From: Lama glama
Lineage: Eukaryota
Direction of reading: 5' to 3'
Length of the DNA: 64,000 bases
Assembly: GCA_028534125.1 (NCBI GenBank)
Contig: CM052816.1
Location: 63,180,001 to 63,244,000 of the forward strand
In this document: positions 1 to 13,482 of the stretch, piece after piece
Position numbering within the stretch: the first letter of the stretch is position 1
Layout of the letters: the number at the start of each line of letters is the position of its first letter
Notes under the pieces: generated by a model
The model's input: only the letters and a program-made list of their open reading frames with translations
What the model was told of the DNA's origin: nothing
The model's database searches: none
Program-made: the position numbers and the translations under genes

Positions 1-236
1 AGTGTGATACCGACGGGGAGCCACCACACTGAGCAGAGGAAGTAGCTCCTCCTGGCAGACGCGCATGTCTTAAGGGAGACAGGCATTGAAGACAAAGCCA
101 AAGGAAGAAGAAATGGCAAAGTCATTCTGGAGCTGGCTGACTAAATCAGCTCCTTAGGGAAAGTGAGCCCCCCGGCAACTCCTAGAAGAGAAGTGATCTG
201 GGAAAGGGGGTATTTAATAGGTTCAAAAAGACCTGC

Positions 237-1118
237 ATGGCCAACAGGCACAGGAAAAAATGCTCAATATTGCTAAGTATCAGAGAAAGGCAAATCAAAA
301 CTACAATGAGGCATCACCTCACAGCAGTCAGAACAGCTATCATCAGAAAGTTCACAAACGATAAATGCTTGGAGGGTATGGAAAGGAAACCTTCCTACAC
401 TGTTGGTGGAAATGTAGTTTGGTGCAGCCATTATGGAAAACAGTACAGAGATTCCTCAAACAAACTAAAAATAGACTTACTATATGATCCAGCAATCCCA
501 CTCCTGGGCATACATCTGGAGAAAACTCTAATTCAAAAAGATACCTGCACCCCAATGTTCATAGCAGCACTATTTACAATAGTCAAGACATGGAAGCAAC
601 CTAAATTTCCACTGACAGATGACTGTATAAAGAAGTTGTGGTATTTGTGTGCGTGTGTATACACACACACACACACACAATGGAATACTACTCAGCCATA
701 ACAACTAAAATAATACCATTTACAGCAACATGGATGGGTCTGGAGATTGTCATACTAAGTAAAGTAGGTCAGAGAAAGACAAATACCATACGATATCACT
801 TACATGTGGAATCTTAGAAAATGATACAATTGAACTTGTTTACAAAACAGAAGCAGATTCACAGGCATAGAAAACAAACTTATGGTTGCCAGGGGGTAAA
901 GAGGGTAGGAAGGGATAAACTGGGACTTTGGGATTTGCAGATACTAACTACTATATATGAAATAGATAAACAACAAGATCCTATTGTACAGCACAGGGAA
1001 CAATATTCAATATCTGGTAATAACTTATAACGAAAAAATATGAAAAGGAATCACTGTGCTGCATACCAGAAACTAATACAACACTGTAAATCTACTATAC
1101 TTGAATTAAAAAAAAAAA
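237..1118 (+). mobile_element. 5'-truncated L1: frameshifted ORF2 C-terminus, 3' UTR and poly(A)
   Basis: ORF 237..701 contains L1 ORF2 C-terminal motifs ([32 protein letters not shown]). The 3' UTR ends TATACTTGAATT followed by an A-run. Confidence 0.95.
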
Positions 1119-2459
1119 CCTGTATTAGCAAGAAAAGTTATAACCTGGGAAATTTTAAGTTATATATTTATATTAAACTATTACATTACTTCTGTAAGTT
1201 ATGTCGCATCCTTTTCAGGAGAATTTGGTTTTTAATCATTCCAATAGTTATCTCAAAGTAATTGTGACTTTCAACTTTCAGATTAGTGGTTGCTGAATTT
1301 TTATTAGTATGTGTAAAGTATATCATTATCCTTAAATTTGTCTACTTGACTTGATTTTACATATGCATCATAAAATCATCTCTATTCTAAAATATTTTGT
1401 TACACTTCCTAAAAAGGAAACAGGAAATTGAGATGTGTGACCATGACCCACCTGCCTCTCCCCATCATGTTGAATTATTCCCTGAGTGTACTCCACATGC
1501 TTCAGTACTCACTCTACTCCTGAGAAGACTATGAACCAATTATAAACAAAGAAAAGATGTTAATTGTTAATACACCTGACACACAAGTGACTTGTCAAGG
1601 AAATTCTAGGACCTTTAAAATGTTTCATTTACTTCATAACACCAAAAAAAATCAATTTTAACAACTGGAAAGAGTAAAATGAAATAATACAAAATACGCT
1701 GTTAGAATTATCATTCTGTGGCAAAGGGCTGTGGAAATTAACTCTAGCATGATGTATTTCTTTTCACATCCTCTGACCAAGCAAAAAAGTTCAAACTCTA
1801 TGGGATCTCAAGCTATACTGGAAAAATTATATTTCCTATGTCATTTCCAATTATACAGAAATAATTCCAAAGGAGGGTACCTAAATAAGACAGTTTAGAG
1901 CACACAGAAGCTTCTCTTCTTCAAGACAGGTTAGTTTCTGAAATGTTGTTCTAATTAAATCTATAGAATTGTAAGTTCAAACTAAGAGGAATTTAAGTGT
2001 TCAGTTCCCAGACCCATTTGCTCAAGTAAGAGCACAAAGTAATCCTTTGGAGCATTAAAGCCAGTCATATCCTTCTCCTCCTTGGTGACATATAATCTTT
2101 TTGTTCTCCTAAATTGACCAGTTTCATCTACACTAAAAATATGTTGAGATCAATCTGAAGTAAACTCCTTGGCATCTTTAATGGGTATACTAATTATCTC
2201 CCATTAATTTAAGGTGGTACAAAACAAAATGGGGTTTTAACCTAATAAGCCTTTTCTGTACAGAAACCGACTTTTCCTCAGCAGTTCTTTCCTGTGCTCA
2301 GTTTCAGTTTCAGATAGTCTCAGAGCCCCTAACATTCAGCTGACAGTCGGAAACACCCTGCCGGCAACCTCAGACGTCACCAGGACAGGCATCTATCATG
2401 AAGTATGCAGCCCAACACCTGCACTCAGATTCCAACGGGTTTGGCGGTGGTGGTGGTGT

Positions 2460-2545
2460 TATTTTTACTGAAGTAGAGTTGATTTACAATGTTGTGCTAG
2501 TTTCAGGTGTATAGCATAGTGATTCATTATACATATATATATATG

Positions 2546-2580
<35 letters not shown>

Positions 2581-3022
2581 TTTTTCAGATTCTTTTCCCT
2601 TATAGGTTATTATAAGATACTGAATATAGTTCACTATGCTATAAGGTAGGTTCTTGCTGTTTATCTATTTTATATACAGTAATATGTATGTGATAATCCA
2701 AACTCCTAATTTATCCCTCTCCCACACCCCTTTCCCCTTTGGTAACCATAGTTTGTTTTCTACGTCTGTGAGTCTATTTCTGGTTTATAAAGAAGTTCAT
2801 TTGTATCATTTTTTTTAGATTACACATATAAGTGATATAATATGGTATCTGTCTTTCTATGTTTGACTTATTTCACTTAATATGATAATCTCTAGGTCCA
2901 TCCATGTTGCTACAAATGGCATTTCATTCTTTTTTATGGCTGAGCAATATTCCATTGTATATATCTATCTGCCACATCTTCTTTATCCACTCATCTGTTG
3001 ATGGACATTTAGGTTGCTTCCA
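2460..3022 (-). mobile_element. L1 3' end with internal (TA)n
   Basis: Reverse complement of the same L1 3' UTR family (TGAAGTAGAGTTGATTTACAATGTTGTG...GGACATTTAGGTTGCTTCCA). (TA)n at about 2533-2578. Confidence 0.93.
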
Positions 3023-3509
3023 AATGTTTTAAACACTGCTTCAGGATTGGTCCTACTTTCCAATTTTCATTTTCTATAATGTAGCCACACACACACTTGA
3101 GGGCTACATGATCGCTTGCCCTTGTCTCTTTCTGAAGGACATGGCACTTTTTCCACATTGCTTGAATCAGCCTTTGCCCACTGAATCCCTTTCACAGTTG
3201 AAGAATTCATCCCTTAGGTCCCTACAACATACATCATTTCTTATCACACACAATTTTAAAAATTATCTCTACATTAATTTCTGTCATAATCCCAACCATA
3301 ATACGAGGGCTTTTAGCATTCTAACAACTCATTGGACAGGAGGGAGTTCATGCCTGAACTCAAATAATATTCAAACAAAACAAACCATCCACATGAAAAA
3401 ATGTAATGAGCATGAATAATTAAAATTTCAATTAGTTGATGACTGTCAGTTTTTCCCTTAGCACATAGCTTTGTTCGTATCTATGGAAATCATTAAGCAG
3501 AAAATAATA

Positions 3510-3745
3510 ACATTAGAACAGCTAGAAGTTTGCAGGATTCTTACTATGTAACAGGTGCTGTGCATGGACTTTGCCTGCATGATCTCTTTGGAAATTCACC
3601 ATCATCCTAAAAGACAGGTACTTTTATTGTCAGTGTTTTACAAAGTTGGAAACTCAGATATAAAACAGTTGTTGGCATTCCTAAGCCACACATCTAGGGC
3701 AAGCATTTGATCTGAATCCAGTCTGCAGGCTCTAAATCTCTATAG
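3510..3745 (-). mobile_element. MIR SINE, degenerate
   Basis: TTACTATGTAACAGGTGCTGTGC...AGGTACTTTTATTGTCAGTGTTTTACAAAG...AAACTCAGA resembles the MIR reverse complement. Confidence 0.7.
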
Positions 3746-4342
3746 CCTAATAGAATCATGCAAGGGTTTTATTTTTATGGAAAAAAAATTACTATTTAAT
3801 AACCTCATTACCAAATAGAACTCCAAATTCTCAAAATACATAGTTTCAAAAATACTATGCTTTCAATACAGCCCTTTACATAAAGCATCTCATTTGATAA
3901 ATGAAATATATAATGCAAAAATCTACATATGAAAAGTTTTCGTTTTAACTCATGGAAAATAATTAGAGGCTATAACCTGGAAAACACTTTACAACTTTTT
4001 GATGACATTCACATTAAGATGAGAACGCACTCACAAAAAAAAATTATAGTAGATCAGAAAATGCATGCATTGGATATTTACATATTATATTTTACTAAAG
4101 AAATGAGTCAACATAATGAAAGTATGGAGGTTAAATAAAGATTAATCTATTTCAAAGGAAAACATTTAAATACGTATAAAACTAAAAAAGATTTAGTCTT
4201 TCACGTGTTTACAAAAATTTTTGTAAGAGAAAGACTATCTTTACAACGTTATATGTCAACTATATCTCAATCGGCAGGTGGGGGAAACAGACTATCTTAA
4301 GAATCTTTTAAGAGGCAGCAATTAAGAATTGAAAGAGAGGGA

Positions 4343-4472
4343 GGGGAGAGTGTAGCTCAGTGGTAGAGTGTGTGCTTAGCATGCATGAGATCCTCAGTTC
4401 AATCCCCAGTATCTTTATTTAAAAATAAACCTAATTACCTGCCCCACTCAAAAAAAAATTTAATAAGAAAAA
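4343..4472 (+). mobile_element. tRNA-Ala-derived SINE (Vic-1-like, camelid)
   Basis: GGGGAGAGTGTAGCTCAGTGGTAGAG (A box), GTTCAATCCCC (B box), then AATAAACCTAATTACC and an A-rich tail. Confidence 0.92.
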
Positions 4473-4572
4473 AATGCGTGACAGTACGTACATGTTTCCC
4501 TGATCCAAACCTCAAAATTTTTCAGTACTTATAATCCTGTCTGTATTTGTACATACCTGAGGGCATGGTCAG

Positions 4573-4624
4573 AGAGAATACTGTCCACAGAGAATTCTGC
4601 CCACAGAGAATTCTGTCCACAGAG
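4573..4624. repeat. 16-bp tandem repeat, about 3.25 copies (AGAGAATWCTGYCCAC)
   Basis: Units start at 4573, 4589, 4605 and 4621. Confidence 0.9.
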
Positions 4625-4989
4625 TCAAAAGTGCTAGTCATCTGTCTCTACTTCAAGCTACTGTGCAAATCCTTTCGAAAAACACTCTGTATGAGGACAG
4701 TAGACCCTTTTTAAAAACCAGTGACATGGAAGCCACCATTTTTGAGACAATTTATCTTTAGAATCTTCTTAAGGGCTATTAAAAGTTCTACCTTACTTTT
4801 AGCTGAAATTTACTTCCCTATCCAAAGCTGGAACATCCTCCTCGATACCCTTGCTCTGCCCTTGGGAGCACCACAGTTAGGCTGTGGGGCGGAAAAGAAC
4901 TGCTGTGTGCTGATGAGATGAAATAGAGCCTGATGTGTAAAACGGCCTCCCCAGCAGGGTGGACCTTACACAGCGTGCGGGGAGAACAG

Positions 4990-5490
4990 CATGGAGACAT
5001 CATCGTTACACGGCTGGCTCTGAATTTCTTTCCTGGGGGGATGGCCCCATCCCATGTGACTTGGGTTAAAATGTCATCAGGTTCTAACCTCTCCTACCAC
5101 AGGAATAGGCACATAAATCAAGCAAGTTAACCAAAATATTCTGTCACCCTAAGTCACAAGAACTTTAGGGACACAGATGCTAGGGAGGGACGGACGGAGG
5201 GGGCCTCTCCCATTCTGGGACTGGAGCTGCGTGTGAGCGTGATGAATGCAGCACAGGACGGGAACCTAACGCCATCATCTGAAGCTCTGGGTGCCTTCAG
5301 CTATGCCTTCATTCTTTGGACTTTATGGTTAAATGAAATAATAAATTCCCCTTTAAGTTAATTTAAGGTTTTTTTCATTTTTTTTAATTGAAGTATAGTC
5401 AGTTTACAATGTTGGGTCAGTTTCTGGTGTACAGCAGAATATACTTCATAGTTTGAGTTGGTAGTTTCAGTCACCTTCAACCAAAAGAAT
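4990..5490 (+). mobile_element. Old MaLR LTR (MLT1J/K-like), interrupted by a short L1 tail
   Basis: CCATGTGACTTGGG... and a 3' end AATAAATTCCCCTT...TAGTTTGAGTTGG...CAACCAAAAGA, typical of late MLT1 LTRs. Confidence 0.6.
5368..5440 (-). mobile_element. Very short L1 3' tail insertion
   Basis: T-run followed by AATTGAAGTATAGTCAGTTTACAATGTTG...TTCTGGTGTACAGCA. Confidence 0.88.
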
Positions 5491-6843
5491 TTTGGCAAAT
5501 ACATCCAGAAGGGACAAATTTCACTTTCTCCACAAGGTTTTCTAGCATTCACTCTGTCTAGAAGAGAAAGTGCTGATGGGTGGAGTAAGCAAAGTATAGA
5601 GAAATTAGAAGTTGAGGGAGTAATTGGCACAATATAAAATTAGAAAGGCGAAAAATGAAAAACTCTATCCTGGACCTCTCTTAATTTATGCAGAAATTTC
5701 CCTGCATGATAGGATTTCTGGAGTGTTAAGAGGGGTCATTACTCAAGGAAAAAAAAATCATGCGTTAATGAGCCATGACATTTCAATGTCCCTTTACAAA
5801 TGATAGAGGCTTTCATTACAAAATTGGAAATGAAATACTAACAACTCGGGCAAGTTCAACAGGGAGGAAGATGGGAGTCACAGAACTGTTAGGAAGAGGG
5901 TTGTCATCGGGGTGCATGGGCATTGGAGGAGACTCTAGTGACAGTTCCTAACCCTTTTTCGTTTTTCCTGAGAACAGCCCTGCCGTCACAGCCCAACTCT
6001 CTGGAGCCCCAAAGAGGACCCCTGCCTATAGTTCGTCTCTGCAAGAGAATTTATTCCTGGCTAATGCCATAGTGTTTATTTTAAATGCCAATGAAGACTT
6101 CTAAAGAGGTTTTCAGGACAAAAGTCATATCCCCAAATACTTCACTAGTCCCAGAAAACTGCACTATAACACTACCCATTGACAGTAATGAAACCTAAAC
6201 TATAGGTAACTAAAACATAAAGTTTCACCCAGATGCAACGTCTCCCCCAGTACTACCTGCCTGAGCATCCCTTTACTCCTCCCCTGCGGTCCTGCATATT
6301 TTGCTGCGTGTGTCTTTCATCAGCACAGCTAGAGAGTCAGTGACTAAACACAGGCGGGGAATAAACTGCCTTCTAACTCTCAGATACTTCCATGTCCCTT
6401 CTCACCTTCTGTGCTGAAAAGTCACTTCTACAAGTATTCTCCACGAAGGGTGGCAAAGAGTTGAAATGGCATTTCACTAGCAGTGAATCAGCACCTCTTC
6501 TCACTGGAAGAGCCTGAGCTCTTCAGAAGTATGACACCAGTCCTACCATATATGGGAAAATGTAAGACTTTAAGGAGATGGTGGTCCAGAGTAGGGGAAA
6601 CACCAGTGATTCCCTCACTTTACTAACTGATCTGCCACTGAAGGCTTTAGTGGGTTTTCAAATGGAGACAGTCTTTGGACAGGTCTGAATATAATACAGT
6701 CTTGCTAACAGTAAAAAAGAATCCTCAGGCCTTTGAGAGTATTTCCAATGTCTCCTGAAGATTCTGCACTAAGGAAGTAGTTTGAGTCAGTCCGTTTAAA
6801 AAAAAAAAGAAGATAAATTATCTTTGAAGCATTTACCCTTAAA

Positions 6844-6925
6844 GGTAATTTTTGTTGGTTTTTTTTTTTACTGAAGGTACTGGGAATTGACCCCAGAACC
6901 TCATGCATGCTGAGCACATGCTCTA
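6844..6925 (-). mobile_element. Vic-1-like SINE, 5' end missing
   Basis: Reverse complement reads TAGAGCATGTGCTCAGCATGCATGAGGTTCTGGGGTCAATTCCCAGTACCTTCA, then an A-run and AATTACC. Confidence 0.88.
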
Positions 6926-7292
6926 AAAATATTGTATGATTTCACTTATATATGTAATCTAAAAATATAAGACACATGAACTTATTTACAAAGTAGAAAC
7001 AAACTCACAGACATAGAAAACAAACTCATGGTTACCAAGTGGGAAAGGGGAGAGGAGAGATAAATTGGGAGTTTGGGTTTTGCAGCTACAAACCACTGTA
7101 TGTAAAATAGATCAACAACCAAGACCTATTATATAGCACAGGGAAATAAATTCAGTACCCTGTAATAGCCTATAATTAAAAAAATATGAAAAGGATTATA
7201 GATAGATAGATGATAGATAACTGAATCACTATGTCGTACATCAGAAATTAACACAACATTGTAAACTGATCATATTTCAATTTAAAAAAAAA
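6926..7292 (+). mobile_element. L1 3' UTR with poly(A) and internal (GATA)n
   Basis: Same 3' UTR family as 780-1118, ending ATTTCAATTT followed by an A-run. Confidence 0.93.
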
Positions 7293-7339
7293 GAATTGTG
7301 GGTTGATTATGTTATAATCTTTGAATGGATATGCGGGAT

Positions 7340-7775
7340 GACTAAAACAATTCTTGAGCACTCCCAGGTTGCAGGCATCGTGTAGGCACTGGGGATACTG
7401 GAGTGAGGAGCCAAGAAAGGTCCGTCCCCCCATGCAGCGTACATTCCTACAGCAGTAACCTTCAGACATGAAACAGTACTTGCAGGGTGTTACAGGAACA
7501 TAAATCCAACTAAAGGGATTGGGAAGGCTTCTTTGAAAAAGTAATAGTTGAGCAAAGCTTGAAGGACTAGGGATTAACTAGCTGAGGCAGGTGGGGGGGT
7601 TTACTGAGCAATCCTGACACAGGGAAAAGCAGTGTGAAGGCCCTAAGGCAAAAGGAGGTGTTGGTCACTTGAGGAGATGAGACTGAAGCATGGCGTGTAG
7701 GAGGTATGGGGTCAGGGACCCAGGATATGGTGAGGTCTATACGGCTTTGAAGGTCATGCTAAAGATTTTTTTTAA
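7340..7775 (-). mobile_element. L2 3' region; resumes at about 8466-8600 after a nested L2
   Basis: TTCTTGAGCACTCCCAGGTTGCAGGCATCGTGTAGGCACTGGGGATAC...GGAAGGCTTCTTTGAAAAAGT matches the L2 reverse complement. Confidence 0.7.
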
Positions 7776-7779
7776 CATA

Positions 7780-8465
7780 TCCAAACCAAACTCTCTCCTA
7801 AATCTGTACTACCTATAGATTCCTCCATCCCCAAAAAGGGTAACTCTATCCTTTCAGTCACTTGACATCACCTGTGACTCCTCTCTCGTCCATATCCTAA
7901 ACTAAATTCATCAGCAAAACTTACTCATTCTATTTTCAAAATACACCCTTTACTGGAACACTTCTCATCACTTTTACTATCCCTCCCTGGCCCAAGCCAC
8001 CACCTCCTGTCTCCTAGATTACTGAAATAGCCATGAAAATGGTCTTTCTATTCCTACCTTTACTCTCAGGAGCAATCCTTTTAAAACATGAGTCAGACTC
8101 TGTCACTGCTCTTCCCAAAGTCTCCAAAGGCTCCCTACCTCGTTCAGAGTGAAAATTAAAGCACAGCCTTGGCCTCTGAGGCCCTATACAGTCTGGGTTT
8201 CTGTTAAATCCCTGGCTTATCTCCCGTTGCTCTCATTCTTGCTCTGTGTGCCCCAGACCCAACAGCCCAGCTTTCCTTGAAGGGCAGCTGTGCTTCCTTC
8301 TCATGGTCTTGGCACCTGCCACTGCCTCTGCCCAAATTCTCTCTCTTCAAATATCAGCATGGTTCACACCCTCACCTGCTTCAAGCCTTTAGTCAAATGC
8401 TGCTGTGGCATCCCTGGAGCCCAGGATGTGGTTCAGGACACTCAATAAACACTTGCTGAATGAAG
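7780..8465 (+). mobile_element. L2 3' region
   Basis: Pyrimidine-rich L2 body ending CTCAATAAACACTTGCTGAATGAA. Confidence 0.8.
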
Positions 8466-8677
8466 TTCTCCATCCTAAGAGCAATATTAAGGCACTGAAA
8501 AGTTTTTAAACAAGAAAAGTTATGAAAGAATTTTTTTTCAGATGTTTCCAGCTGCCCTGAAAAGAATATTGGGGGAGAAGGGGATGGAGGCGGGGTGGGC
8601 AAAAGTGGCTGCCTGGGAGAAAATGAGCTCACAGTGACTTGAAGAAGTGAGGCTTACCAGCCTTGGTAGTGACTCAG

Positions 8678-9188
8678 TGTGGCAGTCAGTCTCCAAGATG
8701 CACCCACCCCTTCACCCAATCACCCACACCACCCGGTATTCACATGTTTGTGTCGTTACCTCCCACGCTGAGTGCGGGCTGGGTCTGACAGACCAACTAT
8801 GACACAGTGATGCTGCATGACTTCCAAGACCAGGTTATAAAAGGCTTTGCAAGTTCCACCTTGGTGTTTTGGAATACTCACTAGAATTCTGAGCCCCTGG
8901 GTGAGAAGTCTTGCTACTCTAAGACAAAGATGCAAGAGAGATCACATCGGGAGGCCACATGGAGAAGCCCTGAGGCTGCATAAAGAGAAGGATGCCCTCC
9001 CAGCCCCCAGCTGTTCCGGCCCCCGGACATCGGAGTTGTCCTGGCTGAGACCCTACACCCTGGGAACAGAGATGTGCTTCCCTGTGGCACCATATCTACA
9101 TTCCTGACCCTCAAAACCAAACTAAAAGTAGCTTAAGCCACTGCACTTGTGGGCACAGTGTGCTAAGCAGCAATAGAAAACCAGAACA
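8678..9188 (+). mobile_element. MaLR solo LTR (MLT1F/G/H-like)
   Basis: Starts TGTGGCAG, contains GAGGCCACATGGAGAAGCCCTGAG, ends GCAGCAATAGAAAACCAGAACA. Confidence 0.8.
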
Positions 9189-10181
9189 CTCAGTGAAGAG
9201 GACTCCTTGTACCAGGGATTTCACCAACCAGGCACGGTTCTGCATTTCCTAGCTTGGAGGACAGGGCACGTGAAGGTGCCTTCTGTGTTTAAGAGCTTAG
9301 GTAGGCTAAGTAAAACGGATCATTTCAATAAAAGAAAATTGCAGCTCTTCCCAGGTAGCTCTTAATCTCAACTGTCAAAATGTACTTGGCTGATTTTTCT
9401 CCAGATATTTATTGTACCTAAACCCTTCAAGAAGCTGACAATTTGCTTGATTAACTGAGGGAACTGGATTACCATGACACCTTCCTCTTCCAACTCTCTG
9501 GAGAAATTTACAGCAATATCTCCTATTAGAGCATAAGCTGGAATCAACATGCTATTCTCTCAAGGACAACGAGTTAATTGTTTGCTCTGAAGTTCATCAA
9601 AGAACTAATTGGAAATGTTATTTCAGGAATATTTGATGCCTGAACTGTTTGTGCTTTTCAATACAGATCAAAGACTAACTATGATACCAGAGACCTTGAA
9701 TTTTAAGTGGAAATATTAGCAAATTAAGTCCCCTTTTAAAATCATGAACATGGCTGTATGCATTATACGGCTTAAAGTAAATGACAAAAATAATAGTAAA
9801 ATTTCATCAAAATGTGAAGACAGAAAGAAAGCAAATGAATTCTACGAGGACATATTCAAGTTCTTGCAGAGAACCCAAGCATAGTTCCTCTAGAAACACT
9901 AGTTAATACGGCATCTTGGAAAGCCCATGCAGCCGCAGTAAATCCCACCTGCAATAAACTTATGCCAGATTGCTGTCCTGCCCCACAATCTTAGCACCAT
10001 GAAACAAGAAATATGCTGGAAGTCTCAAAAGCCTGAACTTGAGCTACTTAACTCCTTAAAGGAACACTGACACGAATGCACATATAGTCCACATCATCCT
10101 TGGCTCCTGACTGCGTAAGGGTGCTTGGGCTACTGGCGAAAGGCCACGACAGAGATAGGGCAATACTGAGAGGTCAACTGC

Positions 10182-10306
10182 CAGTGGTAGAGTGTCTGCC
10201 TAACAAGCACAAGGTCCTCTGTTTAAAAAGTAAATAAATAAAAGTAAACCTAATTATCTACTCCCCTCCGCAAAAAATGACAATGTAAAATAAATGTTTT
10301 TTTAAA
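10182..10306 (+). mobile_element. Vic-1-like SINE, 5'-truncated with B box deleted, TSD present
   Basis: CAGTGGTAGAGTGTCTGCCTAACAAGCACAAGGTCCT...AAACCTAATTA. TSD AGAGGTCAACT at 10169-10179 and 10307-10317. Confidence 0.88.
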
Positions 10307-10319
10307 AGAGGTCAACTCC

Positions 10320-10845
10320 CAAAGGCTCCCCATAACCTGCAGAGTAAAGCTCTATTTTCTTAGAAAGACACACAAAGCCCTCTATGACTTCACCCTTGCT
10401 TACATCGCCAGCACAATTTCTTGTTATAACTTCTCTCATCATCATCCTTACCTGCCTTCTACAACACACCTGAGTGTGTTGCACACACATGTGCACACAC
10501 ACACAATCTTCCAGCAGCACTAAACAGTTGCAGTTCCCTGAAAGTACTGTCCTGTTTCAAATCTCCCCGACTTTACTCACAGCCCTCTACTGTCTACCAT
10601 GGTTTTTCCACGTTTTTAAGACTCAGTTTAAACATCACTCTTCTATGAAACCCTTCTTCTCTCCTTCCGTCTATGCAGACTCGGGCTACTCTCTGCTTTG
10701 AGCCCTCAGAAGGCCCCATGTATCATTCTTTCTGTCTCCCTACTCCTCCTTGACCAAGCCATTTATGAGAGCAGATAACCTTATTTGATTATTTCCATGT
10801 CAGGAACCCCCTAAAGCACAGGCCTGGTCTCATACACAGAAAGAA
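10320..10845 (+). mobile_element. L2 fragment
   Basis: TTTAAGACTCAGTTTAAACATCACTCTTCTATGAAACC...AAAGCACAGGCCTGG is an L2 3' region pattern. Confidence 0.65.
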
Positions 10846-12679
10846 TGGAAGGAAGGGTAACACCCCCTCCAAACAAAAGGGAAAGATTTGTAAACTTCGG
10901 CTTTCAGGGACAGTGCTATTTGACTCTATCCTTGCGCCAAAATAAATCATTGTCATTTTCCCATCATCAACATCACTATTTAAATGAAGCCAATCTAAAG
11001 TGTTGCCACAAGTTACCCTCAAATCATACCATGACATTTATTAGACATGATTTTGATTGACAAGCAAATAAAACCATGCTACAGAATTTTGCGGCACAGA
11101 AACATCCAGTCTATTTCACAAAAACTCCCACCAAATTCCAAAAGAGACAATCTACACAAGAGTGACTAACCACTGTGCATGGTTCTATTCAGCACGCATT
11201 CTGTAACAACACAGAATTCTGCTCCCAGTACCCTGTGGTTACAGGAACATACATACTATTTTATTGAGGAAGTGTCCTTGAATTATTAAGAATCGTTAAG
11301 GTGCTCAGAACAACTGAAAGGAATTAGAAACCAAAAATGCAAGTCTGATGAGTCAGTAAAGATAGGTCAAGACACACAGTTAGTGAAGAGAAATGGATGA
11401 AAAAGTTACTCATCTCTATCTCTGGGAGCAAAACTGAGGCTAAAAATAGAAAGCCCCAGAGGGCGAGGTAACACTTGCTTAGAACTGGCTTTCAGTCTTT
11501 ATCCATTTAAGGCAGTAACTATTATCCCAGCTCCACAGGGATTCTAAAAATTTGAACATGTATAAAAAATTTACTCCTGAGTGGAAAAAGCCATAATATG
11601 GTGAATTCCATAGCAATTTTCAAATTAATAGTATGGTCACTCAACTTCCAGCTCAGCCTTTAAGTATTGCATGTGATAGCAATCACATAAAAATTATATC
11701 CATATTACAACCTATTCAATTCTTTCTACAACTGGTCTCTTCTTTTGATGGACACACAACCTTGAAGAAATGAATGAGCCAGAAAATAAAGTTTTAAATT
11801 AATAACTATTGGAGACCTTTGTCATTTCAGAGAGCCCCTACCCCATAAAAGCCATATTAAATAGAGACTGAGCAAAAGCAGTATCTGGGGATTACAGAAT
11901 GGGTCTTTGGGAAATAGAACTATTTCTGCTTGAGTGTTTGGAAAGGGAGATGGTCCCTGTCTTCCCTTCTTTAATTTTAAATAGTGAACAGTGGTGCCCT
12001 GCTGAGGAAGGGGGGACAATCAAACAAATGATGTGGAACAGAAGCAACATTCACCTTTTTTAAAAAGCTCTTTGTTCTGGAATTCTCAAAGATACTCAAA
12101 AGTAGGAGGAGTGATTAGTCTCCATCTACTCATCACCCCGCTTTAAGAATCAGCAACATTGTATTATTTTGTTTCCTCTGTCCACCTGCCAGCCTTTCTT
12201 CTTCTGGCGCAAATACCAGTTATCCTAGCATTCTGTCCATAAATGTTTCAGAATGTATCTCTAACAGAGATGAACACTTTAAAATAACAACAGCACCACT
12301 TCCATAACTAACACAATTTATAGTTATTCTGGATTTAGCTGATTATTCCATCATGGTATTAGTCTAGATGATGCTGGTAGTTAGAGATTTGCCTAGAGTC
12401 AGATTCAAATCTGGGAGCAAGAATATTTCAAAGGTGGTGCTGTGAGTCATATCAGGGGGCACGTCCCACTTTTAGTGATGTTAAGATCGATCAGTGGTTC
12501 TGGGGATACCAGCCTGAACTAACCAAAGTAAGTACCCCATCAACATTTCACCTAATGACTTCAGCATCTTGATTACTTACATCCATTATTCCATTAGAGA
12601 CTGAACATGAGATTATCCAAATCTTTCATTTCTCTTTTATTTTCTATTATTCTTCTGTTTAAAAAAGAAGAAGAAAAAG

Positions 12680-13270
12680 CCCTTTCAGAAACATAAAAGT
12701 AGCCCTGAACCCAAGGAGTTAGTCTGACACTCATAGCTAGACCTCAGGGTTCTCTCAAAGGACATAAAAAATCTCACAGAACAGCAAGTCACCTTGTGAC
12801 TTTGAAGAAGTGAGATAAAAAAAAACAAGACTACTTCATGATGGTGTTTTATCACAAGGAAAAGCAAGGTCACGGTGCAGACCACAAAAATATTAAACAC
12901 GCTCCTTTTGTAGATAATATGAATGACTGGTGCTTCTGTAATAGTTACAGCTTTAGCCTTGCTCTAGCCTGACCTATAAGAGTTACTATATTCCCTCATG
13001 TAATTCTCTAGAATTCAATAGAATTCCCAATCATAAAATTATCCTCCCTTCCAATCTAGAGCAAAGCCCTTCTTCATTGAACCACCCTCAACATCATCTA
13101 AGCACAGCCCAAATCCTCTAACGTATCCTTTGTAACACTCTCTGAGATGTCCCACAGGTCCCTCACAGTTCCCAGTTTCCTTCTCTGCAACAAGGAATAA
13201 ACCAGACCTGCTGAGCTCCAGGTATGTTCCTTGTGGTCTATGATCTGGGGAGAGGGGGCAAGAGGGTAGA
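12680..13270 (+). mobile_element. ERVL-class LTR (MER77-like)
   Basis: The 3' part GCAACAAGGAATAAACCAGACC...CAGGTATGTTCCTTGTGGTCT resembles MER77/MER21 LTR ends. Confidence 0.6.
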
Positions 13271-13482
13271 GGGGAAGGACATTTACCCTTATATGGTAAT
13301 TATGAATTATCATCTATAGAGGAAAGATAGGCTGCTTTCAATTCTTTCCCTTTATCATTCTTCAGAAGAATAAGCTGTGCTCTGGTAACCTACAAAGGTA
13401 ATCAACAATCAACATGGTATATACTTTCCTTTTCAAGGTATCATGAATTCATGGATTTTTATTATTTCTATCTATAGCAGTC

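Noticed and set aside
4573..4624. Short repeat arrays as CRISPR-like (also 48381 and 59939)
   Set aside because: They are head-to-tail tandem copies without unique spacers, in mammalian DNA with no cas genes.
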